DNA of 62,993 bases from positions 1 to 62,993 of the forward strand of contig JBIKWI010000003.1 of NCBI GenBank assembly GCA_044356395.1. The letters are read 5' to 3'. Source of the DNA: Tagaea sp. (GTDB lineage Bacteria; Pseudomonadota; Alphaproteobacteria; CACIAM-22H2). Position 1 is the first letter of the stretch. The number at the start of each line of letters is the position of its first letter. Positions 1-11,316 of the stretch are shown one piece after another. The notes below the pieces were generated by a model. It had not been told where the DNA came from, ran no database searches, and worked only from the letters and a program-made list of their open reading frames with translations. A program made the translations under genes and the position numbers.

Positions 1-249
1 GGCACGGCCGAGGTGCGCTTCAAGGTGACCGATCTCGAGAACGCCATCCCCGTGGCCTATGTCGGCGTGCTGCCCGACCTGTTCCGCGAAGGGCAGGGCG
101 TGGTCGCCAACGGCAAGCTTGCGGCCGACGGCACGTTCCGCGCCGGCGAGGTGCTCGCCCGCCACGACGAGAACTACATGCCTGCCGAAGTCGCCGAGGC
201 GCTCAAGCGCTCGGGCCGCTGGCAGGAAACGATGGGAGCCGGCAAGTGA
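1..249 (+). CDS. ccmE: Cytochrome c biogenesis heme chaperone CcmE, C-terminal part (5' end lies outside the window)
   Basis: Frame-1 translation ..[48 protein letters not shown] carries the CcmE heme-binding HDExYMP tail. It is followed directly by ccmF. Confidence 0.85.
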   Translation, partial: GTAEVRFKVTDLENAIPVAYVGVLPDLFREGQGVVANGKLAADGTFRAGEVLARHDENYMPAEVAEALKRSGRWQETMGAGK

Positions 250-2279
250 TCGCGGAACTCGGCCACTACGCGCTCGTCCTGGCGCTTTGCGTCGCACTCG
301 TGCAGTCGGTGCTGCCGCTCGTCGGCGCGCAGACGGACGAGCCCGCCCTGACCGCGATCGCCAAGCCCGCCGCCCTGCTCCAGTTCGCGCTCGTGGCCCT
401 CGCCTTCGGCTGCCTCGTCTACGCGTTCATCGTGTCGGATTTCACCGTCAAGAACGTCGTGATGAACTCGCACTCGGCCAAGCCCATGCTCTACAAGGTG
501 TCGGGCGCGTGGGGGAACCACGAAGGCTCGATGGTGCTGTGGTCGCTGATCCTGGGCATGTTCGGCGCGATGGTCGCGGCCTTCGGGCGCAACCTGCCGC
601 CGGGCCTCAAGGCGCGCACGCTCGCCGTCCAGGGCATGGTCGGCGTGGCGTTCCTCGCCTTCATCGTCTTCACGTCGAACCCGTTCGAGCGCGTGATGCC
701 GCCGCCGGCGGACGGCAACGACCTCAACCCGCTTCTCCAGGATCCGGGCCTCGCCTTCCATCCGCCGTTCCTCTATTTCGGCTATGTCGGCTTCTCGATC
801 GTCTTCGCCTTCGCGATGGCAGCGCTCATCGAAGGGCGCGTGGATGCCGCGTGGGCGCGCTGGGTGCGTCCGTGGACGCTCGCCGCGTGGGCGGCCCTCA
901 CGCTGGGCATCGCACTGGGTTCGTGGTGGGCCTACTACGAGCTCGGCTGGGGCGGCTGGTGGTACTGGGACCCGGTCGAGAACGCGAGCTTCATGCCGTG
1001 GCTGGTGGGCTGCGCGCTGCTGCATTCGGCCATCGTCGCGGAGAAGCGCGACGCGCTGAAGACCTGGACGATCCTTCTCGCCATCCTCGCCTTCGGGCTG
1101 TCGCTGGTCGGCACGTTCCTCGTGCGCTCGGGTGTGCTCACCTCGGTGCACGCCTTCGCGGTCGATCCGGAGCGCGGCGTGTTCATCCTCGCCATCCTCG
1201 TCGTCACCATCGGCGGATCGCTCGCGATGTACGCGTGGCGGGCTCCCATGCTGAAGGGCGGCGGCCTGTTCCAGCCGATCAGCCGCGAAGGGGCGCTCGT
1301 CCTCAACAACGTGCTGCTCGCCACGGCGGCGGCGACGGTGTTCATCGGCACGCTCTATCCGCTGTTCCTCGAAGCGGTGGGCGGCGCCAAGGTCTCGGTC
1401 GGCCCGCCCTTCTTCAACGCCACGTTCGTGCCGCTGATGATCCCGCTCCTGCTCGCCGTGGGCATCGGCCCGATGATGGGCTGGAAGCGCGGCGATCTGG
1501 GCGGAGCGCTCCAGCGCCTGCGCGCGGCGATCTTCATCTCGATCGCCATCGTCGGCGCCGTCTACTGGACCGACGACCGCCGTTCGGTCTACGCCGCCCT
1601 CGCGATGGGGCTTGCGGCATGGCTGTTCTTCGGCGCCGCCGTCGAGTGGGCCGAACGCGTGCGCCTGTTCCGGGCCCCCGCCGGCACCGTGCTGTCGCGG
1701 GCCCTCAACCTGCCGCGCGCGAGCTGGGGGATGACCATCGCGCATGCCGGCATGGGCCTGACCGTGATGGGCATCGCCGGCGTGACCGCGTGGCAGACCG
1801 AGGTGATCCGGCTGGCCAAGGCCGGCGACGCGTTCGACGTGGCGGGCTACAACTTCGTCTTCAAGGGTGCTTCGCGCGTCGAGGGGCCCAACTATTTCGC
1901 CGTGCGCGGCACGTTCGAGGTCTATCGCGACGACAGGCTCCACGCCGTGCTCGCACCCGAGCGCCGCTGGTTCCCGGTCGCGGGCACGGCGACGACCGAG
2001 ACGGCGATCCGAACCAATCTGCTCGCCGATCTCTACGCGACCATCGGCGATCCGGAACTCTCTTCGCCGGTCGGCAACATGCCGGCGTTCCTGGCGCCCA
2101 CGACGCCCGAAACGGCGTGGACGGTGCGCATCTATCACAACCCGCTCGTCCCGTGGATCTGGCTGGGGGCGTGCGCGATGGTGCTGGGTGGCATCGTGTC
2201 GCTGACCGACCGCCGCCATCGCGTGGGGGCGCCGCGCCGCACGGGCGACGGTGCGGCCTTGCCGTCGGCGGCGGAATGA
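246..2279 (+). CDS. ccmF: Cytochrome c heme lyase subunit CcmF
   Basis: 677-aa polytopic membrane protein with the Trp-rich heme-handling motif [15 protein letters not shown]. The GTG start overlaps the ccmE stop (GTGA). Confidence 0.95.
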   Translation: MIAELGHYALVLALCVALVQSVLPLVGAQTDEPALTAIAKPAALLQFALVALAFGCLVYAFIVSDFTVKNVVMNSHSAKPMLYKVSGAWGNHEGSMVLWSLILGMFGAMVAAFGRNLPPGLKARTLAVQGMVGVAFLAFIVFTSNPFERVMPPPADGNDLNPLLQDPGLAFHPPFLYFGYVGFSIVFAFAMAALIEGRVDAAWARWVRPWTLAAWAALTLGIALGSWWAYYELGWGGWWYWDPVENASFMPWLVGCALLHSAIVAEKRDALKTWTILLAILAFGLSLVGTFLVRSGVLTSVHAFAVDPERGVFILAILVVTIGGSLAMYAWRAPMLKGGGLFQPISREGALVLNNVLLATAAATVFIGTLYPLFLEAVGGAKVSVGPPFFNATFVPLMIPLLLAVGIGPMMGWKRGDLGGALQRLRAAIFISIAIVGAVYWTDDRRSVYAALAMGLAAWLFFGAAVEWAERVRLFRAPAGTVLSRALNLPRASWGMTIAHAGMGLTVMGIAGVTAWQTEVIRLAKAGDAFDVAGYNFVFKGASRVEGPNYFAVRGTFEVYRDDRLHAVLAPERRWFPVAGTATTETAIRTNLLADLYATIGDPELSSPVGNMPAFLAPTTPETAWTVRIYHNPLVPWIWLGACAMVLGGIVSLTDRRHRVGAPRRTGDGAALPSAAE

Positions 2280-2815
2280 AGCGGATCCTGTTCTTCGTAC
2301 CGCTGGCGCTGTTCGCGGTGCTGGCCGGCTATCTGGGCTTCGGCCTGACGCGCGATCCGCAGCATATCCCGAGCGCGCTGATCGACCGGCCAGTGCCGAC
2401 ATTCGACCTGCCGGCGGTCGCCGGCGTGGACCGGCCCGGCCTCGCGTCGTCCGCCCTCGCGCGCGAGGTGTCGCTCGTGAACGTGTTCGCGTCGTGGTGC
2501 CCGCCGTGCCGCGTCGAGCATCCGATCCTGATGCGCCTCGCGCGCGACGGCGACGTGCCGATCTACGGCATCAACTACAAGGACAAGGCGGCCGACGCCG
2601 CGCGCTGGCTGGGCGAGCTCGGCAACCCCTATCGCGCGATCGGCTGGGATTTCGAGAACCGCGTGGCCGTCGACTGGGGCGTGTACGGCGCGCCGGAGAC
2701 GTTCGTCGTCGACCGGCACGGCACGATCCGCTACCGCCATGTCGGCGCCATCACGCCCGACGTCCTCGAGCGCACGCTGATGCCGCTCGTCCAGAAGCTG
2801 CGGCGCGAGTCGTGA
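2276..2815 (+). CDS. ccmG: Thiol:disulfide interchange protein CcmG/DsbE
   Basis: N-terminal membrane anchor plus thioredoxin fold with WCPPC and GVYGAPETF. The ATG at 2276 overlaps the ccmF stop (ATGA). It lies in the frame of the artefactual long ORF 59..2815. Confidence 0.93.
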   Translation: MKRILFFVPLALFAVLAGYLGFGLTRDPQHIPSALIDRPVPTFDLPAVAGVDRPGLASSALAREVSLVNVFASWCPPCRVEHPILMRLARDGDVPIYGINYKDKAADAARWLGELGNPYRAIGWDFENRVAVDWGVYGAPETFVVDRHGTIRYRHVGAITPDVLERTLMPLVQKLRRES

Positions 2816-3279
2816 GATACGCGCTTGCCCTTCTCGCGTCGCTCTGGGCGGCACCGGCGCTGGCCGTCCTGCCGCACGAGATGCTCGCCGACCCCGCCCT
2901 CGAGGCGCGCGCGCGCGTGGTCGGCCAGGAGCTGCGCTGCCTCGTGTGCCAGAACCAGCCGATCGACGATTCGAACGCGCCGCTCGCCGCCGACCTGCGC
3001 CGCCTTGTGCGCGAGCGCATCGCCAAGGGCGACAGCAACGAGGCCGTGCTTGCCTACGTCACCCAGCGCTACGGCGACTACGTGCTGCTGAAGCCGCCGG
3101 TGCGCGTCGATACCTACGCGCTGTGGTACGGCCCGTTCGCGGTGCTGGCACTGGCTGCGGCCGGCGCCTTCGTCTATCTGCGCCGCCGGCGGCCGGTGGC
3201 CCATGTCGCACCGGCACCGCTCTCCGCCGACGAAGAGAAACGCCTTGCCGCCCTTCTCGAAGAGGAAGCGCGCAAGTGA
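2812..3279 (+). CDS. ccmH: Cytochrome c-type biogenesis protein CcmH
   Basis: Signal peptide, LRCLVCQNQ CXXC motif and a C-terminal TM segment. The GTG at 2812 overlaps the ccmG stop. Confidence 0.9.
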   Translation: MRYALALLASLWAAPALAVLPHEMLADPALEARARVVGQELRCLVCQNQPIDDSNAPLAADLRRLVRERIAKGDSNEAVLAYVTQRYGDYVLLKPPVRVDTYALWYGPFAVLALAAAGAFVYLRRRRPVAHVAPAPLSADEEKRLAALLEEEARK

Positions 3280-4700
3280 CACAGGCGATCCTCGGGGCGC
3301 TCACCGTCCTCGTCATGGCGCTGCTCGTGTGGCCGCTGCTGCGCCGCGCGGCACCCGTTCCCACGCGCGCGGCGTTCGACATGGAGATCTACCGCGACCA
3401 GCTCGCCGAGATCGCCCGCGATCTCGAACGCGGGACGATCACCCCGGACGAGGCGCGGGCCGCGCGCGCCGAGATCGGCCGGCGCATGCTCGCACTTGCC
3501 GACGGCGCTAGCACGCAGCCCGATTCCGGCGCGCCTGCCGACGCCAACGGCATCCGCTTCGTGGCCGTGGCGCTGGCGATTGTCGTGCCGGCGATCGCGT
3601 TCTCGGTGTACGGACGGCTGGGGTCGCCGACCCTGCCGGGCATGCCGATCGCCGAGCGGCGCGCGGTGGAACCCGCCCAGGGCCTGCCCGACCGCCAGCT
3701 TGCCGCCTTCGCGCGCGCGATGTTCGAGCGCGTCGGACGCGACCCCAAGGACCTGGAAGCATGGGTGCGTCTGGCGCAGGCGTCCGCCGCGATGAACCTT
3801 GCCGCCCAGGCGCTCGACGCGTGGCGCAAGGCCGACGAGATATCCGGCGGCCAGCCCGAGATCGCCGGCCTGCTCGGCGAGACGGCCGTCGCCGTTGCAA
3901 ACGGCGTGGTGACGCCGGAAGCCGAAGCCGCCTTCGCGCGCGTGCTGTCGGCCGACCCCGGCGATCCGCGCGCGCGCTACTATGCCGGTCTCGCGCGTGC
4001 GCAGGCCGGCGACCGGACCGACGCCGTGCGCGTGTGGTTCGACCTGATCGCCGCCTCGCCGCCCGATTCGCCGTGGGTGCCCACGGTGCGCGAGGCGATG
4101 GAACGCACCGCGCGCGAGGCGCGCATCGACCTGAAGCAGATGACCCCGTCGATGAAGAACCCGCCGGCCGTCGTGCGGCTCGGCGGCCCGCGCGTCGGCG
4201 GCGGCGGCGAGACCGTACCCGATCCCGGCGCGCTTGCCGCCCTTCCCGAAGGCGATCGGCTGGCGGCGATCCGCAGCATGGTCGACGGTCTTGCGGCGCG
4301 CCTCGAGACCCAGCCCGACGATCTCGACGGCTGGCGCCGGCTGGCGCGCTCGCGAAAGGTGCTGGGCGAGTCCGACAAGGCGCTTGCCGCCCACGCGCGC
4401 GCCGCGGCGATCGCCCCCGACGACGTCGAGGTGCTGCAGGACTATGCCGGCGCGCTGATCGACCTGCACGATCCCGAAAAGCCGCTCGACCCGCCCGCGC
4501 GTGCGGCGGTCGCCAACCTGTTGGCGAAATCGCCGAACGAAAGCGTGGCGCTGTGGCTGCTCGGCCAGGACGAGGCGCTCGCCGGCAAGGACATGGCCGC
4601 GACCGCGCTCTGGCAGCGCCTGCTGGCCCAGCTTCCGGCCGACAGTCCGGCCCATGCCGACCTGTCCGCCCGCATCGCGAAGCTGAAGGGCCGGAACTGA
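3276..4700 (+). CDS. ccmI: Cytochrome c-type biogenesis protein CcmI/CycH (TPR-containing)
   Basis: N-terminal TM helix and the DMEIYRDQLAEIARDLERGTI motif, followed by TPR-like repeats. The GTG at 3276 overlaps the ccmH stop. It is the last gene of the ccm cluster. Confidence 0.85.
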   Translation: MTQAILGALTVLVMALLVWPLLRRAAPVPTRAAFDMEIYRDQLAEIARDLERGTITPDEARAARAEIGRRMLALADGASTQPDSGAPADANGIRFVAVALAIVVPAIAFSVYGRLGSPTLPGMPIAERRAVEPAQGLPDRQLAAFARAMFERVGRDPKDLEAWVRLAQASAAMNLAAQALDAWRKADEISGGQPEIAGLLGETAVAVANGVVTPEAEAAFARVLSADPGDPRARYYAGLARAQAGDRTDAVRVWFDLIAASPPDSPWVPTVREAMERTAREARIDLKQMTPSMKNPPAVVRLGGPRVGGGGETVPDPGALAALPEGDRLAAIRSMVDGLAARLETQPDDLDGWRRLARSRKVLGESDKALAAHARAAAIAPDDVEVLQDYAGALIDLHDPEKPLDPPARAAVANLLAKSPNESVALWLLGQDEALAGKDMAATALWQRLLAQLPADSPAHADLSARIAKLKGRN

Positions 4701-4716
4701 CGCGGATCGCCGCGCT

Positions 4717-5175
4717 TCAGCCGCGCTTGTCGACCCTGTAGGCCGCCGCGAGGATGAAAGCGACGTCGCCCTTGGCGCCGGCGAGCGGCAGCGACAGGCG
4801 TTCCCACGTCTGCGGTTCCTCGCCCGGCCCGAACCAGCCGGCATAGACGCGCCAGTACGGGCGCTGCGTGCGGCGCACGAGCCGGTATTCGGCCGTCAGC
4901 AGGCTTGCCTGCTCGCTCGGCAGGTCCTCGACCGCCGTGCCCGTGAGATCGACGCCGAATGCCTTTCGGAATGTCGTCCCGTAGAAGCCGTAGCGGAAGC
5001 GCGACTGCGCCTTGACCTCGATGATGACGAGGTTGGCCGCCCATTCGGCCAGCCCCTCGACCGGGAATCCCTTGGTGCGCGGCGGCCCGCCGGAAGCCGG
5101 CGTCTGGTCGAGCCAGAAGCGGAACAACCGCCGCAGCACGTCGCTGTCGATGGTGCGCAGAAGCTCTTCGCTCAT
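4717..5175 (-). CDS. PAS_5/DUF1457-type PAS domain protein
   Basis: 152 aa. The FRFWLD..P.R..F..E.L..W..NLVIIEV....RFRYGFYG pattern recalls the small stand-alone PAS_5 proteins of alphaproteobacteria. A paralog lies at 51649..52176. Confidence 0.7.
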   Translation of the reverse strand: MSEELLRTIDSDVLRRLFRFWLDQTPASGGPPRTKGFPVEGLAEWAANLVIIEVKAQSRFRYGFYGTTFRKAFGVDLTGTAVEDLPSEQASLLTAEYRLVRRTQRPYWRVYAGWFGPGEEPQTWERLSLPLAGAKGDVAFILAAAYRVDKRG

Positions 5176-5246
5176 CGCAAATTCCGCTGTCCGTCCTGCA
5201 AATGGTGACTATCATCGGGATGTAGCAGCAAACCCGAACGGCCGCC

Positions 5247-6575
5247 ATGCAGAACCCGACGAAACCCAAGAAGACCCAGATCGTCGTCGTCGGCGGCGGG
5301 GCCGGCGGTCTCGAACTCGTCGCGCGCCTGGGGGCCACGTACGGGCGCGAGGAATACGACATCATCCTCGTCGAGCGGAACCGCACGCATGTCTGGAAGC
5401 CGCTGCTCCACGAAGTCGCGGCCGGCTCGCTCGACGCCAATCTCGACGAGGTCGGATATCGCAGCCACGCCTATCGCTGGGGCTACCGCTTCTTCGACGG
5501 CACGCTCGAGGGCATCGACCGCGAGACGCGCCACGTCGTGATCGCCCCCATGCTCGACGAGAAGGGCGTCGAGATCGTCGCCCGCCACCGCATCCGCTAC
5601 GACTATCTGGTGATCGCGGTGGGCTCCGTCTCCAACGATTTCGGCACGAAGGGCGTGCGCGCCAACTGCATCTTCCTCGACGAGCGGTCGCAGGCCGACC
5701 GCTTCCGCCAGATGCTGCTCAGCCAGTGCCTGCGCGTGTCGCGCGGCATGGCGGCCGACCCGCAGGCCGACCTGCATGTCGACGTCGCCATCGTCGGCGG
5801 CGGGGCGACGGGCGTGGAACTGGCGGCCGAGCTCTACAGTGCGGCCGCCGCCTTGCGCTTCTACGGTCTCGAGGTGTTCGACGAGAGCCGCCTGCGCATC
5901 ACGCTGGTGGAAGCGGGTCCGCGCATCCTGCCGGCCCTGCCCGAGAAGCTGGCGCAAGCCGCGCACGCGGAACTCGAAGCGCTCGGCGTGCGCGTGCTGA
6001 CCGGAACGCAAGTGACCGAGGTGGACGCGCGCGCCATCGTCACCAAAGGCGGCGAACGCATCGAGGCGGACCTTCGCGTGTGGGCCGCCGGCGTCAAGGG
6101 GGCCGAGTTCCTGAAAGACATCGGCGGGCTCGAGACCAACCGCAACAACCAGCTCGTCGTGCGGCCGACCTTGCAGACCACGCGCGACGAGCGCGTCTTC
6201 GCGATCGGCGACTGCTGCACATGCGTGCTGCCCGGCAGCGAGCGGCCCGTACCGCCGCGCGCCCAGTCGGCCCACCAGATGGCGTCGACCGCGTTCGAGA
6301 ACATCCGCCGGCTGATCGCCGGCCGGCCGCCGGTCGATTTCGTCTATCGCGACCACGGCTCGCTGGTCAGCCTCGCGCGCTACACGACGGTGGGAAGCCT
6401 GATGGGCAATCTCGTCGGCGGGCGCATGGCGGTCGAAGGGCGGCTCGCGCGACTCGTGTACGTATCGCTCTACCGGATGCACCTGATCGCGATCCACGGC
6501 TGGCTCAAGGGCCTGCTGCTGATCGCGGTCGGCCACGTCAACCAGGTGATCCGGCCGAAGCTGAAACTGCACTGA
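5247..6575 (+). CDS. ndh: Type II NADH:quinone oxidoreductase (NDH-2)
   Basis: 442 aa with two Rossmann GxGxxG motifs (VVVGGGAGG, IVGGGATGVE) and an NDH-2-like C-terminal region. Confidence 0.9.
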   Translation: MQNPTKPKKTQIVVVGGGAGGLELVARLGATYGREEYDIILVERNRTHVWKPLLHEVAAGSLDANLDEVGYRSHAYRWGYRFFDGTLEGIDRETRHVVIAPMLDEKGVEIVARHRIRYDYLVIAVGSVSNDFGTKGVRANCIFLDERSQADRFRQMLLSQCLRVSRGMAADPQADLHVDVAIVGGGATGVELAAELYSAAAALRFYGLEVFDESRLRITLVEAGPRILPALPEKLAQAAHAELEALGVRVLTGTQVTEVDARAIVTKGGERIEADLRVWAAGVKGAEFLKDIGGLETNRNNQLVVRPTLQTTRDERVFAIGDCCTCVLPGSERPVPPRAQSAHQMASTAFENIRRLIAGRPPVDFVYRDHGSLVSLARYTTVGSLMGNLVGGRMAVEGRLARLVYVSLYRMHLIAIHGWLKGLLLIAVGHVNQVIRPKLKLH

Positions 6576-6605
6576 AAACAGGTATGCCGCGACGGGCGGG
6601 CGGGA

Positions 6606-6681
6606 TGGTGGAGCCGATCGGGATCGAACCGACGACCTCCTCATTGCGAACGAGGCGCTCTCCCAGCTGAGCTACGGCCCC
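6606..6681 (-). tRNA. tRNA-Ala (anticodon CGC)
   Basis: The reverse complement reads GGGGCCGTAGCTCAGCTGGGAGAGCGCCTCGTTCGCAATGAGGAGGTCGTCGGTTCGATCCCGATCGGCTCCACCA. It has a G3:U70 identity pair, anticodon loop TTCGCAA, a TPsiC arm and an encoded CCA; 76 nt. Confidence 0.95.
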
Positions 6682-6818
6682 ACACGCCCGTCGAAAGGCG
6701 GGCGATAATGCGTTCGACCCCCCGCCCTGTCAAGCGACGGATTTACCAGACCTTGCAGGGGCTTGTGCCCATCGTGTACGGTTCCCGGCCTGTCCGCAAC
6801 AAGAGGGCTTCGGCCGCC

Positions 6819-7097
6819 ATGAACGCGCTCGGTTCGCTGCTCGTCTCCGCCATCCAGATCTATATCTGGCTGCTTGTCGGCTCGGCCCTGCTGTCGTGGC
6901 TGCTCGCCTTCAACGTGCTCAATCCGCGCAACCAGGTCGTCTACACGATCGCGGACTTCCTCCACCGCGTGACCGAGCCGGCCTTGCGCCCGATCCGGCG
7001 CTTCGTGCCCAATCTGGGCGGCATCGACATCTCGCCGGTCGTGCTGATCCTGCTGCTGATCTTCGCGCAGAACCTGATCTACGAATACTGGTTCTAG
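6819..7097 (+). CDS. yggT: YggT family membrane protein
   Basis: 92 aa starting at [19 protein letters not shown], with two hydrophobic segments and [21 protein letters not shown] typical of YggT. Trimmed from ORF 6708..7097. Confidence 0.8.
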   Translation: MNALGSLLVSAIQIYIWLLVGSALLSWLLAFNVLNPRNQVVYTIADFLHRVTEPALRPIRRFVPNLGGIDISPVVLILLLIFAQNLIYEYWF

Positions 7098-7102
7098 GCG
7101 CC

Positions 7103-7414
7103 ATGGCGGCGGTCGGAGCGACACCGCTGACGGCCGTCCCCGACGGGGTCTATCTCAGCGTGCGCGTGAGCCCGCGTTCGCGCCGGCCCGGCATCGGCGG
7201 CGTGGCCGAGGACGGCGCGCTTGCCGTGGCGGTCGGTGCCGCACCCGAGGGCGGCCGGGCGACCGAGGCCACCGTCGAGCTGCTCGCCGCGCATTTCGGC
7301 CTGCCCAAGCGCGCCTTCGTGCTGACGCAAGGGGCAAGCGCGCGGCGCAAGCGCTTCAAGATCGAGGGTGCGCCCGCCGAACTCTACGCCGCGATGAAGG
7401 CGCGCCTGCCATGA
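7103..7414 (+). CDS. DUF167 (YggU) family protein
   Basis: Sequence ..[20 protein letters not shown]...[38 protein letters not shown]. The yggT-DUF167 adjacency is a conserved arrangement. Confidence 0.8.
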   Translation: MAAVGATPLTAVPDGVYLSVRVSPRSRRPGIGGVAEDGALAVAVGAAPEGGRATEATVELLAAHFGLPKRAFVLTQGASARRKRFKIEGAPAELYAAMKARLP

Positions 7415-8286
7415 CCGCACGCCGCATCGACGGCAAGGCGATCGCGGCCGACCTGCGCGCGGCGGTGGCGCTGGAGGTCGACGAGATCGAGGAGAAGCAC
7501 CGCTTCACGCCGGGCCTTGCCGTGGTGCTGGTGGGTGCCGATCCCGCAAGCCAGGTCTATGTCGGGGCCAAGCACAAGGCGACGCTCGAAGCGGGCATGA
7601 AGAGCTTCGAACACAGGTTGCCCGCCGACACGAGCGAGGCCGCCCTGCTCGAACTCGTCCAGCAGCTCAACCGCAGCGACGACGTGGACGGCATCCTCGT
7701 CCAGCTGCCGCTGCCGGCGCACATCGACGCGGGCAAGGTGCTCGACGCGATCGATCCGAAGAAGGACGTCGACGGATTCCACGCGGTCAATGCGGGGCTG
7801 CTCGCCACGGGGCGCGCCGCACTGGTGCCCTGCACGCCGGCGGGCGCCATGCGCCTGATCCGGCACGCGGTGCCCGACCTCGCCGGCCTTCATGCCGTGA
7901 TCGTCGGCCGTTCGAACATCGTGGGCAAGCCGATGGCCCAGCTGCTGCTCGCCGCCGACTGCACGGTCACGGTGGCGCATTCCAGGACGCGCGACCTGCC
8001 TTCGGTCGTCCGCCAGGCCGACATCGTCGTCGCGGCCGTCGGCCGGCCCGAGATGATCCGGGGCGACTGGATCAAGCCCGGTGCCACGGTCATCGATGTG
8101 GGCATCAACCGCCTGCCGGCAGGCGAAAGCGGAAAGGGAAAGCTCGTGGGCGATGTCGCCTTCGCCGAGGCCGAACAGGTCGCAGGCGCGATCACGCCCG
8201 TTCCCGGCGGCGTGGGGCCGATGACCATCGCGTGCCTGCTCGCCAACACGATCCAGGCCGCCAAGGCGCGCCGTTCGATTTCCTAG
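7411..8286 (+). CDS. folD: Bifunctional methylenetetrahydrofolate dehydrogenase/cyclohydrolase FolD
   Basis: 291 aa with IDGKAIA...[23 protein letters not shown] and [15 protein letters not shown]. The start overlaps the upstream stop. Confidence 0.95.
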   Translation: MTARRIDGKAIAADLRAAVALEVDEIEEKHRFTPGLAVVLVGADPASQVYVGAKHKATLEAGMKSFEHRLPADTSEAALLELVQQLNRSDDVDGILVQLPLPAHIDAGKVLDAIDPKKDVDGFHAVNAGLLATGRAALVPCTPAGAMRLIRHAVPDLAGLHAVIVGRSNIVGKPMAQLLLAADCTVTVAHSRTRDLPSVVRQADIVVAAVGRPEMIRGDWIKPGATVIDVGINRLPAGESGKGKLVGDVAFAEAEQVAGAITPVPGGVGPMTIACLLANTIQAAKARRSIS

Positions 8287-8539
8287 GTTTTCGCCCGCAG
8301 CCGGATCACGCCGCGCACGTCTTCGGGATCCTCGACCGGCTTGCCCTTGCGCAGGATCTCGATCTTGCCTTCGAGCATCAGCGCCACGGCGCGTGACCGT
8401 ACCTTCGTCAGCAGCGACTGCCATTTGCCGTCGGGCTGGAGTGCGATCGCCACTTCCGACGGACTGATCGAACTGCGCGGACCGCGCGCGGCCGTCAACT
8501 CGAGGATCGAGCGGTCGATGTCGTCGGCGACGCGGTCGC

Positions 8540-8543
<4 letters not shown>
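8283..8543 (-). CDS. DUF3253 domain protein
   Basis: 86 aa with ..[22 protein letters not shown]...G.IEI.RKGKPV.. The GTG start overlaps the argG stop. Confidence 0.65.
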
Positions 8544-9754
<1,211 letters not shown>

Positions 9755-9869
9755 CTGATTTCCCGCCGCGACCTGGAGCCCTTGAAAACGCGCGGGAGTA
9801 TAAGGATTGCGCCGCCGCCTGCAAGCGCTGCTAGACTGGACGCACCCCCCGGATTCCGAGGAACCGTCC

Positions 9870-10574
9870 ATGCTCGATCTTTACGTCTGGCCGACCCCCA
9901 ATGCCTACAAGGTCTCGATCCTGCTGGAGGAGCTGGGCCTCGCCTACAACGTCCATGCGGTCGATATCGGCAAGGGCGAGCAGTTCAAGCCGGATTTCCT
10001 GAAGATCAGCCCCAACAACAAGATGCCCGCCCTCGTCGACAGCGACGGGCCGGGCGGCAGGCCCTATTCGGTGTTCGAATCGGGCGCGATCCTGATGTAT
10101 CTGTGCGACCGGTCGGGGGCAGCGGGCGAACGCTTCTTTCCCTCGGACACGCGGGCCCGCTACGACGTGATCCAGTGGCTGATGTTCCAGATGGGCGGCG
10201 TGGGGCCGATGTTCGGCCAGGCCCACCATTTCCGCCAGTACGCGCCCGAGCCGATCAAGTACGCGGTCGACCGCTACACGAACGAGACGGCACGGCTCTA
10301 CGGCGTGCTCGACCGGCGGCTCGCCGGAGTTCCCTTCCTCGCCGGCGAATACTCGATCGCCGACATGGCCGTGTTCCCGTGGACGCGCAGCCACGAACGT
10401 CAGGGCCAGAAGCTCGAGGACTTCCAGAACGTGAAGCGCTGGTTCGACGCCATCGATGCGCGCCCGGCGGTGGTGAAGGGCCTCAAGCTGCTGGAGGACC
10501 GCCGGCGCGTCGGTCCGATGGACGACAAGCAGAAGGAAGTGCTGTTCGGCGCCACCCAGTACCAGAAGCGGTAG
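9870..10574 (+). CDS. yfcG: Nu-class glutathione S-transferase (YfcG/YghU-like)
   Basis: [46 protein letters not shown]...[29 protein letters not shown] closely parallels E. coli YfcG as I recall it. Confidence 0.85.
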   Translation: MLDLYVWPTPNAYKVSILLEELGLAYNVHAVDIGKGEQFKPDFLKISPNNKMPALVDSDGPGGRPYSVFESGAILMYLCDRSGAAGERFFPSDTRARYDVIQWLMFQMGGVGPMFGQAHHFRQYAPEPIKYAVDRYTNETARLYGVLDRRLAGVPFLAGEYSIADMAVFPWTRSHERQGQKLEDFQNVKRWFDAIDARPAVVKGLKLLEDRRRVGPMDDKQKEVLFGATQYQKR

Positions 10575-10578
10575 ACAG

Positions 10579-11316
10579 ATGATTTCCGCGAAGCTCGTCG
10601 ATCTCTACGCAAGCTATGGCTTCCAGATCCGCTCCAGCATGTCGCCGTTCCTGCTGACGAAGATATCGAACAGTCCCGCCGAGGACGGCACCTTCACCTA
10701 CGCGATCAAGGACGGCGTCAATATCGGCCATTCCGGCGGCGGCATCAGCCTGTCGGAAGTGGCGCTGATGGAGGATATCGGCCAGGTCTATGCGCCGCAG
10801 CGCATCTTCGCGATCGGCTGCTCGTTCGGCTGGAGCACGCTTGCCCTCGCCATGGCGATGCCCAAGGCGAAGATCGTCGCCATCGACATCGGCCTCGGCA
10901 TGGGCAAGGAAGGGCTCGAACTCACCAACCGGATCGCGACGGAGCGGAACTACAACGTCACGGGCGTGCTGGGCGCCTCGCCCGCCGACGTGCCCGCGAC
11001 GGTCGCGGCCCATCTCGACGGGCCGGTCGACATGGTCTTCATCGATGCCGACCACACCAACGAGGCGCAGACGGCCGACTTCGAGGGCATCCTGCCCTTC
11101 TGCGCGCCCGACGCCGTCTTCGTCTTCCACGACGTGATGGTCTGCCAGATGCTGGACTCGTTCCGGGCGATCGCGGCCCGGCTACCCGGCCACAAGGCGC
11201 GCATCCTGACGCGCACGGCATCGGGCATGGGCGTGCTCGCACCGTCGGGCAAGTTGCCCGAACTGCACCACATCCTCGATATCTATTGCGACACGTTCGG
11301 CGTCGTCGCGGTCTGA
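10579..11316 (+). CDS. Class I SAM-dependent methyltransferase (Methyltransf_24-like)
   Basis: 245 aa with [25 protein letters not shown]...[19 protein letters not shown]...VFVFHDV, a Rossmann-type MTase core. Confidence 0.7.
   Translation: MISAKLVDLYASYGFQIRSSMSPFLLTKISNSPAEDGTFTYAIKDGVNIGHSGGGISLSEVALMEDIGQVYAPQRIFAIGCSFGWSTLALAMAMPKAKIVAIDIGLGMGKEGLELTNRIATERNYNVTGVLGASPADVPATVAAHLDGPVDMVFIDADHTNEAQTADFEGILPFCAPDAVFVFHDVMVCQMLDSFRAIAARLPGHKARILTRTASGMGVLAPSGKLPELHHILDIYCDTFGVVAV

Noticed and set aside
59-2815. Very long alternate-frame and antisense ORFs. Examples are 59..2815+, 174..2402-, 3174..4844-, 29385..31787+, 37633..40797-, 39072..41075+, 42405..44150+, 46115..47827+, 59551..61509-.
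   Set aside because: Their translations are Arg/Ala/Pro/Gly low-complexity strings with no recognisable domains. They overlap frames that encode clearly recognisable proteins. This is typical stop-codon depletion in GC-rich DNA.
6600-6700. tRNA-Ala and tRNA-Leu (52211-52296) loci considered as genomic-island integration sites
   Set aside because: There is no integrase, no direct repeat of the tRNA 3' end and no compositional shift in the flanking genes, which are ordinary core-type functions.
9755-9871. Upstream extensions of composite ORFs: argG 9755-9871, rlmN 12459-12920, aldolase 35635-36507, histidine phosphatase 44283-45761, ABC-F 47825-48358, and the nit/BKACE/ttuC composites
   Set aside because: The extended parts are low-complexity and overlap other genes or intergenic DNA. 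Internal starts coincide with the N-termini of the recognisable families and often with RBS-like purine tracts or stop/start coupling.
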